A stretch of DNA of 54,891 bases, taken from a virus (taxonomy: Duplodnaviria > Caudoviricetes). The notes under the pieces are model-generated. The model did not search any database and was not told the origin of the DNA. It was given only the letters and a program-made list of their open reading frames with translations. Shown piece by piece: positions 20,485-29,784 of this stretch. Position 1 is the first letter of the stretch, and the number at the start of each line of letters is the position of its first letter. The stretch lies in the IMG/VR virus record IMGVR_UViG_3300032173_000007, positions 1 to 54,891 of that record; one strand, 5' to 3'. Position numbers and translations under genes: made by a program.

Positions 20485-21375
20485 CTAATAAGTAAGGGCG
20501 GCTGCTATCCCGAGACCTGCACCCACCACCGCACCGGTGCCAGCATAACTGGTGGTTACTCCTGCCGCCGACGTTGTTTTCATAGCAGCTCCCACTTCAG
20601 CCCCCATAGCAGCCCCAGTTAATGCCCCACTTATAACTCTTGCCGCTTTTGATGCCCCGGCAACATCTGTTTTTTGATTACTTGCCCCCTGCAGTGCTCC
20701 AAGGGCAGCCCGTTCATAGTCCAAAATTGTAAATGGCCATAGTTTATCCTTTACGGCCATAGAGTAGTTTATTTCATCTACATCGGTTCTGGCAGAATAA
20801 TAAAATTTCATCAGTTCAGCATATAGCCCCACCACACCTTTATTCCATTCGAGGTGGGTTGCCCATCTTGCCTCAGCAGTTGGAATCAAACGATATTTCA
20901 ATTCTGCGCTGAATTTTGACAGGGCTTTAACCCGAGCATCTTCTATCACCGATTTCCCCACCACAAAGGAACTGGCCACCACAGAATTAATGTCTCTTAA
21001 ACCGGTTTGCAAGCGAGGTAAAGAATTCATGGCAATATCATCATCCATCATGGCGGCTTCAGCACTCACCAGATCATTAACAACAGCGCTATTTACGGTA
21101 TCTTCAAAAATCTGAGAATGCAGGACTTCAATATCCAGTCCTGCCATGAACTTGCCATACATATCATATAGGGAAGGGAAGCTGGTTATAAGATAACCTG
21201 CTCCAAAGAAAGCATCATCAATTGTAATGTTGGTATATCCTGTAAACGGAGAATCATTTTTCAGGGTCTCCCAGAGATCATGATAACGATTAAGGAATCG
21301 TTCGTGCTCCTCCTCAATATACGGCGCATACCTGATTTCTGTTTTCTGCTTTCCGCTACCGCCACCGCTACCCAT
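20485..21375 (-). CDS. Ejection protein paralogue A (position of P22 gp7)
   Basis: Starts MGSGGGSG after GGAGG; C-terminal Gly/Ala zipper. Confidence 0.65.
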   Translation of the reverse strand: MGSGGGSGKQKTEIRYAPYIEEEHERFLNRYHDLWETLKNDSPFTGYTNITIDDAFFGAGYLITSFPSLYDMYGKFMAGLDIEVLHSQIFEDTVNSAVVNDLVSAEAAMMDDDIAMNSLPRLQTGLRDINSVVASSFVVGKSVIEDARVKALSKFSAELKYRLIPTAEARWATHLEWNKGVVGLYAELMKFYYSARTDVDEINYSMAVKDKLWPFTILDYERAALGALQGASNQKTDVAGASKAARVISGALTGAAMGAEVGAAMKTTSAAGVTTSYAGTGAVVGAGLGIAAALTY

Positions 21376-21376
21376 T

Positions 21377-21832
21377 TCAGCCTCCCACCACGAAATCAAA
21401 TGTTCTATGCCTTTCTTTGAATCCAAGCTTCTCGGCTATATCCCACAATCTTTTATTGCGTGAATTAAAAGAAATATAAGAACATCCCTCTCTTTTTATA
21501 AAATCTAAAATGAAATTCCAATCCCGTTTCCATACCTCATCTTCAACTGCCTTAAATGAATATAAACATTGCATAAAAAGATATTTCTTCCCGGTAACCT
21601 TGTCTATCATAATCCGGGTAATGAGCAATGCAAGCAGAGTTCTATCTTCGGCTATCCTCATAAAACACTGTGCTTTATCATTCAATAAAGCATGAAGCAA
21701 TTCATTAAAATAATAAGGGAAATCCTCTTTGTTCACTTCATCCGCCTGCGCACAGGCAAATTTTATTACCTCCCACAATTGGGGAATTTGTGTTGGAACA
21801 ATCTTTACAATTATACTGTTTTCAATAGGCAT
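21377..21832 (-). CDS. GNAT-fold protein (position of P22 gp14)
   Basis: 'FIKREGCSYISFNSRNKRLWDIAEKLGFKE'; lies between tail-hub and ejection genes. Confidence 0.6.
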   Translation of the reverse strand: MPIENSIIVKIVPTQIPQLWEVIKFACAQADEVNKEDFPYYFNELLHALLNDKAQCFMRIAEDRTLLALLITRIMIDKVTGKKYLFMQCLYSFKAVEDEVWKRDWNFILDFIKREGCSYISFNSRNKRLWDIAEKLGFKERHRTFDFVVGG

Positions 21833-22946
21833 GAACTACTCCATTTATGCGGATGTAGTCGAGTTCAAAATATTCATAGGCAAGTGTTTTTAATCTGAAC
21901 CTGAATTCTCGGCCAAAGGCAGTTATATGAACAGAACCATTGGGGGATACGGCATACCAGGGTGTAGTATCAAAATCCCCGGCAATATCTCTCCGATAAT
22001 CAATCGCCGCATAGAGTCCGGTGCTTAGATCGGTTCCGAATTCAAGAGAAAATATAGTTTTGTTTGCTCTGGTCCCAAAATCATAAATATCAGTGCAAAT
22101 TGCAAAAGGTTCTGTGGTTATGGTAGCAGGAGCTGAGACATATAAGGTTCCATCCTGAGAACCCATGCCGGAGATATTGGCCGGGCATTCGCCGAGGCTC
22201 CCTGCGGCCGGGTTATAAACATAGCCTGAAGAGCCATCACAAATATAAACAAGATTGTTTGGCGCATCATAAGACATTACCAAATTATCATTCATCGGAG
22301 AAAGATATTCAGAAAAATCAAATCTATCAAGGGATTCAATCCCGAGTTTCCATAATTGTCCTGCCCGATCAATAAAAAAATGCCTCTTTTCATCCCCTAC
22401 CACGGCGTTCTTCCCTTTAAGCCCTACCCGATAAAAAGTATCCAATCCAAAATACCTTTCTGAGGGGACAAGAAAAGATACCCCATTTTCTCCATAAACA
22501 ACAACCTTATTGCCAAGTTTTTTGATGGAATAAACATAGCCTTTCCAATCAAGCGGCTTCTCACCAGCTACATTGTCCTTGCCTATGGTAAAATCAAGGC
22601 TGCCGATGTTCGACCACTTGACCCAATTCTTTTTAACATCACTGGCAAAAGGCACAAAGCCATCAAACGCCGTCGCTTGAAAAGTCAGTGTTACTACTAT
22701 CGGACTGGCAGAAATAACAACGGAATTAGCAGAATTACCTGATAGGGAAACATTCACGACAATAGGATCGGCAAAAATTGTTTTATTCAGCCATGTCCCA
22801 TCAATGCTGGTTGTTACTGCCAGCACTCCCTGGTCTTCATTGCCCTGCCGATCCAACCCGTAACAATCAAAAGTTATATCAAGGTCAGGGTTTCGACCTG
22901 CTTGTTCATAATAACCGGGTGGATTCCAGAATGGAAATAGCAACAT
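21822..22946 (-). CDS. Tail hub / DNA stabilisation protein (gp10-like), C-terminal part
   Basis: Beta-propeller-like 'VKWSNIG...VVVYGENG...FFIDRAG...YVYN', ends 'GREFRFRL'. Confidence 0.55.
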   Translation of the reverse strand: MLLFPFWNPPGYYEQAGRNPDLDITFDCYGLDRQGNEDQGVLAVTTSIDGTWLNKTIFADPIVVNVSLSGNSANSVVISASPIVVTLTFQATAFDGFVPFASDVKKNWVKWSNIGSLDFTIGKDNVAGEKPLDWKGYVYSIKKLGNKVVVYGENGVSFLVPSERYFGLDTFYRVGLKGKNAVVGDEKRHFFIDRAGQLWKLGIESLDRFDFSEYLSPMNDNLVMSYDAPNNLVYICDGSSGYVYNPAAGSLGECPANISGMGSQDGTLYVSAPATITTEPFAICTDIYDFGTRANKTIFSLEFGTDLSTGLYAAIDYRRDIAGDFDTTPWYAVSPNGSVHITAFGREFRFRLKTLAYEYFELDYIRINGVVHAY

Positions 22947-22959
22947 ATTCTAATCCTCG

Positions 22960-23508
22960 CTAAATAGCTTCAAAATATGTTGCGTTAATTCTCCAGATAG
23001 TTTCAGTTTGTGCAGGAGCCGTAATTGTAACTGCAGTGGCCGCTGCCGCAGCCTTCAAGGGCGTAGTGGGGGTCAGCTTAACAACTTTTACCACTGTTCC
23101 CGCAGCACCGGCGGCCTGTTCAGTAGTCCATGCGGGATTCCCCGGGAGATTGGTAGAGGTAATGATTACTCCCGCCCCGGAAGGTGTTCCTGTAGTAGTA
23201 TACAGCTTAACTACTTCCAAATCCGTGATATGTATAGATAATCCAGCCGCCGGAGCAGGCAAGGTCAAGACCACCTGGGTATTTACTGCCGCTGTGGCAG
23301 TAACCATTTTATTCGAGACCTTTTGCTGAACCGGCAAAGGATATGCTGAGCTGGTATCTCTTGCGTCGCTATCATCGCCATAACAAACTTTTACCCGCTG
23401 AATCTTGACTCCACTTGAAGCGCCACCATTGAGAGTGGCAAGATCATCGGTGGCTATGGTATCACCAGCAGGAAGAGTATTAGGATTGAGTGTCGTATTG
23501 TCAGCCAT
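22960..23508 (-). CDS. Virion accessory protein
   Basis: 'MADNTTLN...DTIATDD...QRVK...PLPV'; Thr/Ala beta-rich; AGGAGG SD. Confidence 0.6.
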   Translation of the reverse strand: MADNTTLNPNTLPAGDTIATDDLATLNGGASSGVKIQRVKVCYGDDSDARDTSSAYPLPVQQKVSNKMVTATAAVNTQVVLTLPAPAAGLSIHITDLEVVKLYTTTGTPSGAGVIITSTNLPGNPAWTTEQAAGAAGTVVKVVKLTPTTPLKAAAAATAVTITAPAQTETIWRINATYFEAI

Positions 23509-23520
23509 AACAGCCTCCTT

Positions 23521-23955
23521 TTAAGCTATCCTGAACTCGACATTGGCAATGGTTGCTACTCCGCCGTCTACCTGGGTTTGGTTGCCCCCGAAATCAATAT
23601 ATCCTATGATCGGATCGGCGGTCGGAGTTGTTACCGTATCATCAAAAACAATAGCGCCAGGGGTGGGCCCTATCGACCCTCCTGTAGCAGTCCAGGTAGG
23701 ATTTGACCAGGTAACTTCCGTTCTATCATCCGTGTCATCTTCAGTTACGACCACCCCGGTAAGAACCTTAGAGTTTTGAGTATATCCGTAACCGGTCGGC
23801 AACTCACTGGCTGATACATCCGCATAGGAATGATGGGTATCTTCATCAAAAATAAAGCCAGTTGCCATAAGAATAATCTTAAAAGAATCGTGTAAAAAAT
23901 CGATTGCCTTAATTGTCAATAAGTATTTGATTTTATTAGACGGATATGATGCCAT
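23521..23955 (-). CDS. Virion beta-sandwich protein
   Basis: 'FKIILM...ELPTGYGYTQ...TWTATGGSIG...IGYIDFG' pattern common in phage tail modules. Confidence 0.65.
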   Translation of the reverse strand: MASYPSNKIKYLLTIKAIDFLHDSFKIILMATGFIFDEDTHHSYADVSASELPTGYGYTQNSKVLTGVVVTEDDTDDRTEVTWSNPTWTATGGSIGPTPGAIVFDDTVTTPTADPIIGYIDFGGNQTQVDGGVATIANVEFRIA

Positions 23956-23971
23956 TATTCTTCTCCTTTTA

Positions 23972-25051
23972 TTAAGTTATAGATTCAAAGGGAAATGCTG
24001 CGACTTGATACGGCGAAATATCATCACCTGAACCTATTATTGTCTCCCAGATTGCTGAACCATCTATACTGCTGTATCTTCCTACAATTGCATTGACAAG
24101 GCCCGCACTATAACCACAGGCCAAAAAATCCGTTCCGACATTTGAGATGCCCCACGGATAACCATGAATTAAAGGCCCATCCATATTGGGTATGATAAAA
24201 TTCTCATTTATGTATGCCGACAAATCACTTTTTGCGGTTTTTATTCGGCTATCTCCCCTGTTTCCGATTGCCAAATATCCATCAAGAAAAGCAAGTGTGC
24301 GCTGGTAAGACTCAATAGTAGTGCTTTGAGCAACTATAGGCATGGGATCCGCCCCCTCATAATCATACTTTACGATATCCATGTTTGCGATACATCCTCC
24401 CACATAGACATATTTATTAGAGTCCATAATTAAACCTTGGCCTCCGTATAACCAGGGTTGTTTTGTCTCAATTATTGCTGGATCGCCAGGATTTCTCTTT
24501 ACAATACGTTGATCGAATTCTCCCCACTCCGCCCGACTCTCAAGTGTGTAAACATATCCATCGGCATCTACACATACTGAATAAAACCATTGGCTATTGG
24601 CTTCTCCTATATCAAGTTCGTATAACAAAATACCGCTTTTGTTATAACACCTTAAAAAATTATGGGCACTCCCTACACAATACACATTTAAATCCTTATC
24701 CACAGCCATTACGTTGTTCCAATCACGTAACTCAGGAACCACAAAAGTCCCGATATATTCCCCAGTTAAGGTATTATAAGAATTTATTCGATATTCATCT
24801 GCTCCCCCTTCTCCATACCATATATAGACATACAATATGGATGAAACCTCTGGCGGTGACGGTGGCGGTGGCGGAACATATGCTTTCGTCCAATAACCGC
24901 ATGGATTATGGATAGGGGTTATGGGAGTATTGCTGCCTTCTTCCATCGACCACACCGGATTTGCATAGGTGGCGATATAATCACCTTCATTGATGGAAGG
25001 CTTATTCGGTTGAGGAGTGAATGGCCAGACAGGATTTGTTGGCATGATCAA
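23972..25051 (-). CDS. Beta-propeller-like virion / receptor-binding protein
   Basis: Repeats 'AVDKDLNVY', 'VDADGYVY', 'MDSNKYVY'; Pro-rich N-terminal linker. Confidence 0.6.
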   Translation of the reverse strand: MIMPTNPVWPFTPQPNKPSINEGDYIATYANPVWSMEEGSNTPITPIHNPCGYWTKAYVPPPPPSPPEVSSILYVYIWYGEGGADEYRINSYNTLTGEYIGTFVVPELRDWNNVMAVDKDLNVYCVGSAHNFLRCYNKSGILLYELDIGEANSQWFYSVCVDADGYVYTLESRAEWGEFDQRIVKRNPGDPAIIETKQPWLYGGQGLIMDSNKYVYVGGCIANMDIVKYDYEGADPMPIVAQSTTIESYQRTLAFLDGYLAIGNRGDSRIKTAKSDLSAYINENFIIPNMDGPLIHGYPWGISNVGTDFLACGYSAGLVNAIVGRYSSIDGSAIWETIIGSGDDISPYQVAAFPFESIT

Positions 25052-26223
25052 TCCTCCTTTATTCTTCTAAACCAGAAGCCACAAGGGGTGTGTTTCTCTT
25101 CAGTCGCAGGTTCTTCAGTCCAATATGGATTATTGATATATCCCAATTTAGAGAATTCATATTCATAGGCACCCGCACCTACTGCTAAACCTATACAGAT
25201 AAGTGATCCGCCACCCAAGATACTTGCACTTCCAAAAGCACTCTTTTTGCCGCTTGCAATTAAGGAGCCGCCACCAGAAATTGAAGCCGTTCCACTAATT
25301 CCTGCTTCTTCGCCTCCCCAAGTTCCCCAAGTTGGTTCGGTAGCTCGATAGTTTCTAACAAAGATTTCATCAACATCTATGGTTCCTGTTTCTTGGAAGC
25401 GACAGCCATATTCATCCATAGCTTGGCTACTGCCATAAATGTTTTTGGCTAAATAAGAATTGCTATCTATCCAATAATCTACTTTGTTGGTATCATAAAC
25501 AAAAATTTTAATTTTATGCCAGTTGGCATTCTCTGTTATCGCATTAAACCAATAAGGACTGTCATTAGTTAAATATTGAAAGGTGGTTGGAGTAGCCGAT
25601 CGTCGAACGGCACACCTATAACCACCTGCGGAATAAAGTATAAATTCACTATTTCCAATATATTTTACCCTTGCTTCAACACAATATTGAGCTCCAGGTG
25701 AGAGAGAACCTCTACTTCCCCTATAAGTAACAGCAGTAGCAATTGATTCAACGCCTTTTCCGGAAAAGCCACCAACTATGGTAAGGGTGCTACCGTTCGT
25801 TGGATTTTCAGCTTCGGTCCATCCAGACGGAATAACCCCCACTGTATCGTCTTCAAAGTTATCGAAAGCCAAGAAGGTATTATCCCCGTTACTATAGGCG
25901 GAAGCTTCGGCATTGCCGTAATACATATAAAAAGTCGTTGCATCCGTTCCAATGGAATCAAATTCAATCCAAACGGTAGCAAGCTGATTGGGAGTGGTGC
26001 CGGTTATGGATTCAATCCAATAATCGAGGAGGGTTGTGCCGTCAGCGGTAGTAAAGCGAAGATCGTCAAAATCAGTTTGGACATGACCGTTGCAATCTAC
26101 ATCTTCGCCTGTGGCTCCCGCAGTTTCTCCAACCAAAAGCTTCATTTGGTAGTTAGTTACGGCACCAGAAGCCCGAGAGAGAGTTATTGCTTTCCTATAA
26201 GACCAACCGGTTAACCAGGCCAT
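25048..26223 (-). CDS. DUF2341-domain virion protein with lectin-like domain
   Basis: 'WSYRKAITL...NYQ...DFDDLRFT...LDYWIE...YMYYGN' is the DUF2341 signature. Confidence 0.8.
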   Translation of the reverse strand: MAWLTGWSYRKAITLSRASGAVTNYQMKLLVGETAGATGEDVDCNGHVQTDFDDLRFTTADGTTLLDYWIESITGTTPNQLATVWIEFDSIGTDATTFYMYYGNAEASAYSNGDNTFLAFDNFEDDTVGVIPSGWTEAENPTNGSTLTIVGGFSGKGVESIATAVTYRGSRGSLSPGAQYCVEARVKYIGNSEFILYSAGGYRCAVRRSATPTTFQYLTNDSPYWFNAITENANWHKIKIFVYDTNKVDYWIDSNSYLAKNIYGSSQAMDEYGCRFQETGTIDVDEIFVRNYRATEPTWGTWGGEEAGISGTASISGGGSLIASGKKSAFGSASILGGGSLICIGLAVGAGAYEYEFSKLGYINNPYWTEEPATEEKHTPCGFWFRRIKED

Positions 26224-26241
26224 TTAATTATCCCTGTAAAT

Positions 26242-26595
26242 CTAAGAGTTAAGATCAAGATCTGCATCAGTCAAAGTATAAGTCCCCTGGTTTGCAAAAA
26301 CCTCATCGGTTACATTTGCGGCTCCATAGAAAACCCCCCCCGAGACTAATGACCAGAAGCCAACCCAGGAGACGGTTGTGCCGGCAGGAACATCAAATAT
26401 GGGTTGATTTGAGCTATCTAATGAACCGCCTGAGGCGGCATTCCAAGTTATAGCTTTTCTGGCATAGGCGGGATTGCCTCCAGTAACTTCATTGGCTCCG
26501 TTATCCCCTGGGTCACCAGTATGAAGGGAAGCAAAGCCAATGAGTGCCCCAAGAGCATCCAACATTGCATTCTTTCCTAATGTGCTATATGGCAT
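26242..26595 (-). CDS. Small tail module protein
   Basis: 'SLHTGDPG...EVTGG..YARKAITW...FDVPAGTTV' motif typical of phage tail modules. Confidence 0.7.
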   Translation of the reverse strand: MPYSTLGKNAMLDALGALIGFASLHTGDPGDNGANEVTGGNPAYARKAITWNAASGGSLDSSNQPIFDVPAGTTVSWVGFWSLVSGGVFYGAANVTDEVFANQGTYTLTDADLDLNS

Positions 26596-26609
26596 AACAT
26601 ACCTCTTAT

Positions 26610-26966
26610 TTATTTAGGATAATCATGGGGATCGGTAATTCTGGGATTCATCCGGTGTAACCAATGCAACATCTCATGAGAGAGCGTAGCCCAATCCACC
26701 ACAATTCCATCCTCTACCCATTTCCCCTCAATCCAAATTTCTCCCGTCTCTTTGTCCATTCCACCCCTGACATATCCGTCTTCCGTTATTAAGTAATTGC
26801 GAATATGAATGGTCAAAGGAGCACTCATATCCTCCAACACCATTCCTCCCTGCGGAATTGCATCGAAGGAATCATGCAATTGGGCGATTCCCTTCTGGTA
26901 ATAAGGAAGGGGAGCACATCCAACCAAGAAAAATAGAATGATAATAGCTATCTTTTTTATGTCCAT
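26610..26966 (-). CDS. Lipoprotein with HExxH zincin-like motif
   Basis: MDIKKIAIIILFFLVG-C lipobox; 'HEMLH'. Confidence 0.65.
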   Translation of the reverse strand: MDIKKIAIIILFFLVGCAPLPYYQKGIAQLHDSFDAIPQGGMVLEDMSAPLTIHIRNYLITEDGYVRGGMDKETGEIWIEGKWVEDGIVVDWATLSHEMLHWLHRMNPRITDPHDYPK

Positions 26967-27499
26967 TCTCCATGCTGTGAGGTTGTCAAAACAATGGGAT
27001 CGGCCTTCAATGTTAAACTTGCACCAGGAGTGGTTGTGTCGGGCGCACCCACTATAACTTGACCCCCAAAATTGCATATCGCTGAAGCAGTGGGTAAAGT
27101 GGTTACGGTAGAATATGTTTTCGATGTTGCATCTCTGATTACAGCAACTCTTCCATTAGATAAATAAACATAGTCATGAAAGTCTGTCAGCGTCCAGGTA
27201 GAGCCGGGGCTGACAGTTAATTTTTCAACCAACGAACCACTTACTAACTCATAAATTTTGGTCTGGCTGCATACGATAATGAGGTTCGTCAAAACAAAAA
27301 GTTGGGGATAAGGGAAAGCATCTGTTATCCCGGTTGTATTTACCCTTGTCAGTCCATCAATTACTTGAAGGACGCCATCCCGTCCAACCGCAGTCTGGCA
27401 TTCAACAAGATAGCGGCTATTCCTTGAAACTCGTTTGGAGGGCCTGAGCCCTCTTGCCAGCTGGGCCCCGCTGATTGTAACCGAGAACTCACGAGGCAT
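26957..27499 (-). CDS. Tail hub (gp10-like), N-terminal part
   Basis: Follows head-to-tail adaptor region; partial propeller 'LIIVCSQTKIYEL...VYLSNG...FGGQVIVG'. Confidence 0.5.
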   Translation of the reverse strand: MPREFSVTISGAQLARGLRPSKRVSRNSRYLVECQTAVGRDGVLQVIDGLTRVNTTGITDAFPYPQLFVLTNLIIVCSQTKIYELVSGSLVEKLTVSPGSTWTLTDFHDYVYLSNGRVAVIRDATSKTYSTVTTLPTASAICNFGGQVIVGAPDTTTPGASLTLKADPIVLTTSQHGEWT

Positions 27500-27879
27500 T
27501 AAATTTCTCCATGCTGCTTACTGTCATGGTTTATGTCCAGACTTTGTAAATTTCTATTGGGATTCGAGGTTACAGTATCCATATTCAAATTCTTCATAAC
27601 AAGAAGCCTTTTCCGTATCTCCGGCACCGCCATTTTCATAATGTCTTCCGGTTTGGCTAAGGGGTCTTTTCCTTCGATTCCTTCGACCACTGCGGCGACT
27701 ACATCCTTGTGGTCTTTGAATTCAGGATAATCGGCATAGAATTTAGCATTCATCTTATGAAGCGCAGCATGGCTTACCATGAGATTGCCGATTACTTCAG
27801 GGATCAATAAAAGGGTCTTCTCTACTGCCTTGTTAACCGCTTCTTCTATAATTTCCTGTTTTTCTTTTTCGTCTATCAT
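27499..27879 (-). CDS. Hypothetical helical protein
   Basis: 126-aa ORF tightly packed in the operon. Confidence 0.6.
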   Translation of the reverse strand: MIDEKEKQEIIEEAVNKAVEKTLLLIPEVIGNLMVSHAALHKMNAKFYADYPEFKDHKDVVAAVVEGIEGKDPLAKPEDIMKMAVPEIRKRLLVMKNLNMDTVTSNPNRNLQSLDINHDSKQHGEI

Positions 27880-27882
27880 GGC

Positions 27883-28608
27883 TCACCGATCGGTGTTAAT
27901 GTTATATCTTTTCATATAGCCAATGCTGTAATCGATTGGCAGAAATTGATCTATCGGTATTGTCTCCATTTGATTCGAGGCGTTGAGGGCTACCAGGTCA
28001 TTAAAACTGCTTCTTGCTATCGCTACTGTTTCGGCAGGCACAATGGCCCCAAATTCAGGGGCAATGCGAATTGCCAGGTTATAAACCAAGGCTTCTTCAT
28101 AGTTCAGGGGGAAGGCGATGGTATCCGTAACCAGAGAAAATGAACTTGTTTCAGTAAACGGCTTTAGGCTATCAATCCACATAGTCTCTGCATCCTGGGG
28201 AGTAGGATAGAGATAAATTACGCTCTGTGGGTAAAGGGGATGATAGAATAAATAGCAAGGACGCCCCGTAATTGTCTTAACCTGAATGCTTCGATAAATA
28301 CCTTCAGAGATGATTCCTACCGGATAATCCATCCCCCCGGAATCTCTGACAAATGCTCCCAGAATTTGATGGGGTCGAGTGGTGGTTATGTCCCCGCTAA
28401 CCCCCCAGGTATATGAATTTTTGCCGGAGACCAAAGTGAAACTTTCCTTGGTGGAGCCGAAAACCAATATGCGCTTGGAAGCCCAAGATCTGAGCATTAC
28501 CTGTAATGCCCCCAAGGCTTCCGTCAATCTCGCTGATTCCGGAGTTTCTCCTGAAGAGAGCACGCCTATTTTTCTCATGCTTGCCTTAATCAAATCCTGA
28601 ACAATCAT
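27883..28608 (-). CDS. Head-to-tail adaptor (gp4-like position)
   Basis: 'DLIKASMRKIGV..GETP...ML.SW...IYLYPTP...YEEALVYNLAIRIAPEFG'. Confidence 0.75.
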   Translation of the reverse strand: MIVQDLIKASMRKIGVLSSGETPESARLTEALGALQVMLRSWASKRILVFGSTKESFTLVSGKNSYTWGVSGDITTTRPHQILGAFVRDSGGMDYPVGIISEGIYRSIQVKTITGRPCYLFYHPLYPQSVIYLYPTPQDAETMWIDSLKPFTETSSFSLVTDTIAFPLNYEEALVYNLAIRIAPEFGAIVPAETVAIARSSFNDLVALNASNQMETIPIDQFLPIDYSIGYMKRYNINTDR

Positions 28609-29036
28609 TTCTTCTTTCTCTCTCTATGGACTGCTATGCCATGCATATTCAATGCTTTTTCAGAGCTAAATGTTTTGCCACACAAGGTGCAAAGAGATAG
28701 ACCTTTGGGAACCTTAGCCTCTTCATAGGCCTTTCTTTCAGCCTCCAAGTCTATTTCATTTTTAGTTTCAGAAACTATCTCAGCCGATTTGATTGCCCCT
28801 ATCGACTTTTGATAAGCTTCCCATACCTTTTCATGCCCGGGGAGCAATCTCACTTTTCCGGGATGGTCAACCCAACCTTCTTTATCTGCTTGATCAAGCT
28901 CCGCATCGGTCTTGCATACTTTCCCTTCAGGACAACTTATATGAAATCTCCATGCCGGGGCTCGTTTATTAACAACTGCTTTGTGCTCTTCGATGGGAAC
29001 AATCCCCGAACCCAACAGGATATTTTCTGACGGCAT
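28605..29036 (-). CDS. Hypothetical protein with C-terminal C2H2 zinc finger
   Basis: 'GWVDHP'; CTLCGKTFSSEKALNMHGIAVH. Confidence 0.7.
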   Translation of the reverse strand: MPSENILLGSGIVPIEEHKAVVNKRAPAWRFHISCPEGKVCKTDAELDQADKEGWVDHPGKVRLLPGHEKVWEAYQKSIGAIKSAEIVSETKNEIDLEAERKAYEEAKVPKGLSLCTLCGKTFSSEKALNMHGIAVHRERKKK

Positions 29037-29093
29037 ATTTACTCCTTTAAGGAAGGAAATTTGGCCGGTTATAGCGCCGGCCTCGCTTAATTA

Positions 29094-29687
29094 TTATGTT
29101 CCTATAGCAATCCAATCTATGGCGCTCCACGGAGTGGTAGCGGCTATCGGGGTAACGTCACCTGTGGCTGTAGGTTTATATGTTTTAATGTAAATGGAAC
29201 CAGCCGCAGGCGCCCCAGCCTGATTGCCTACATCCGCAGCTACAAACATACAGGTTAGCGTGGGGGCTCCTTTGAAAGATGCCACCGCCGCTACCACCGT
29301 AGTCAATCCGGTTACAACCGTATCGCTTGCGGTTGTTGGGGTTATGGTTCCCCGGGCCACTTTATATCCTGCGGCTACCCCTTGAACCAGCAGGTTAATT
29401 TGCGCTGCGGTGGGGACAATTGAGGTGCCAGCGCCAGCGCCTAACTTCAGGTCCGCTACTGCAATAACATCAACATTCTTGTTCGCACCCAGAACCAGAG
29501 CTTTGCTCGCTACTGCCGTGCCGGCGACCGAACCGTCGATAAGATTAAGTTCGGCTGCTGAAGCAGTAAGGGCTGTGCTCCCCAGAGTAAATGTCCCTCC
29601 AACTGTTACCGAGCTTTGCAGGTTAACCGGATTTGGTATTGCGACCGCTTCTGATGCGTTTTCCAAAACTCTATCGAGATAACTCAT
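29094..29687 (-). CDS. Head decoration or fibre protein
   Basis: Immediately after coat gene; 'TASAAELN..DG' repeat, ends 'WIAIGT'. Confidence 0.65.
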   Translation of the reverse strand: MSYLDRVLENASEAVAIPNPVNLQSSVTVGGTFTLGSTALTASAAELNLIDGSVAGTAVASKALVLGANKNVDVIAVADLKLGAGAGTSIVPTAAQINLLVQGVAAGYKVARGTITPTTASDTVVTGLTTVVAAVASFKGAPTLTCMFVAADVGNQAGAPAAGSIYIKTYKPTATGDVTPIAATTPWSAIDWIAIGT

Positions 29688-29709
29688 CTTTCACCTCATT
29701 TTTCTTATT

Positions 29710-29774
29710 CTTGACCCCCTGTGGGTGTGATGTTTTTGATGCGGAAGCAACACACCCACAGGGATAAAGTCAAG
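29710..29774 (-). other. Long stem-loop after the coat gene (mRNA stabiliser or processing site)
   Basis: CCCTGTGGGTGTG (29717-29729) pairs with CACACCCACAGGG (29751-29763); outer CTTGAC/GTCAAG. Confidence 0.6.
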
Positions 29775-29784
29775 TAAAATCAGC

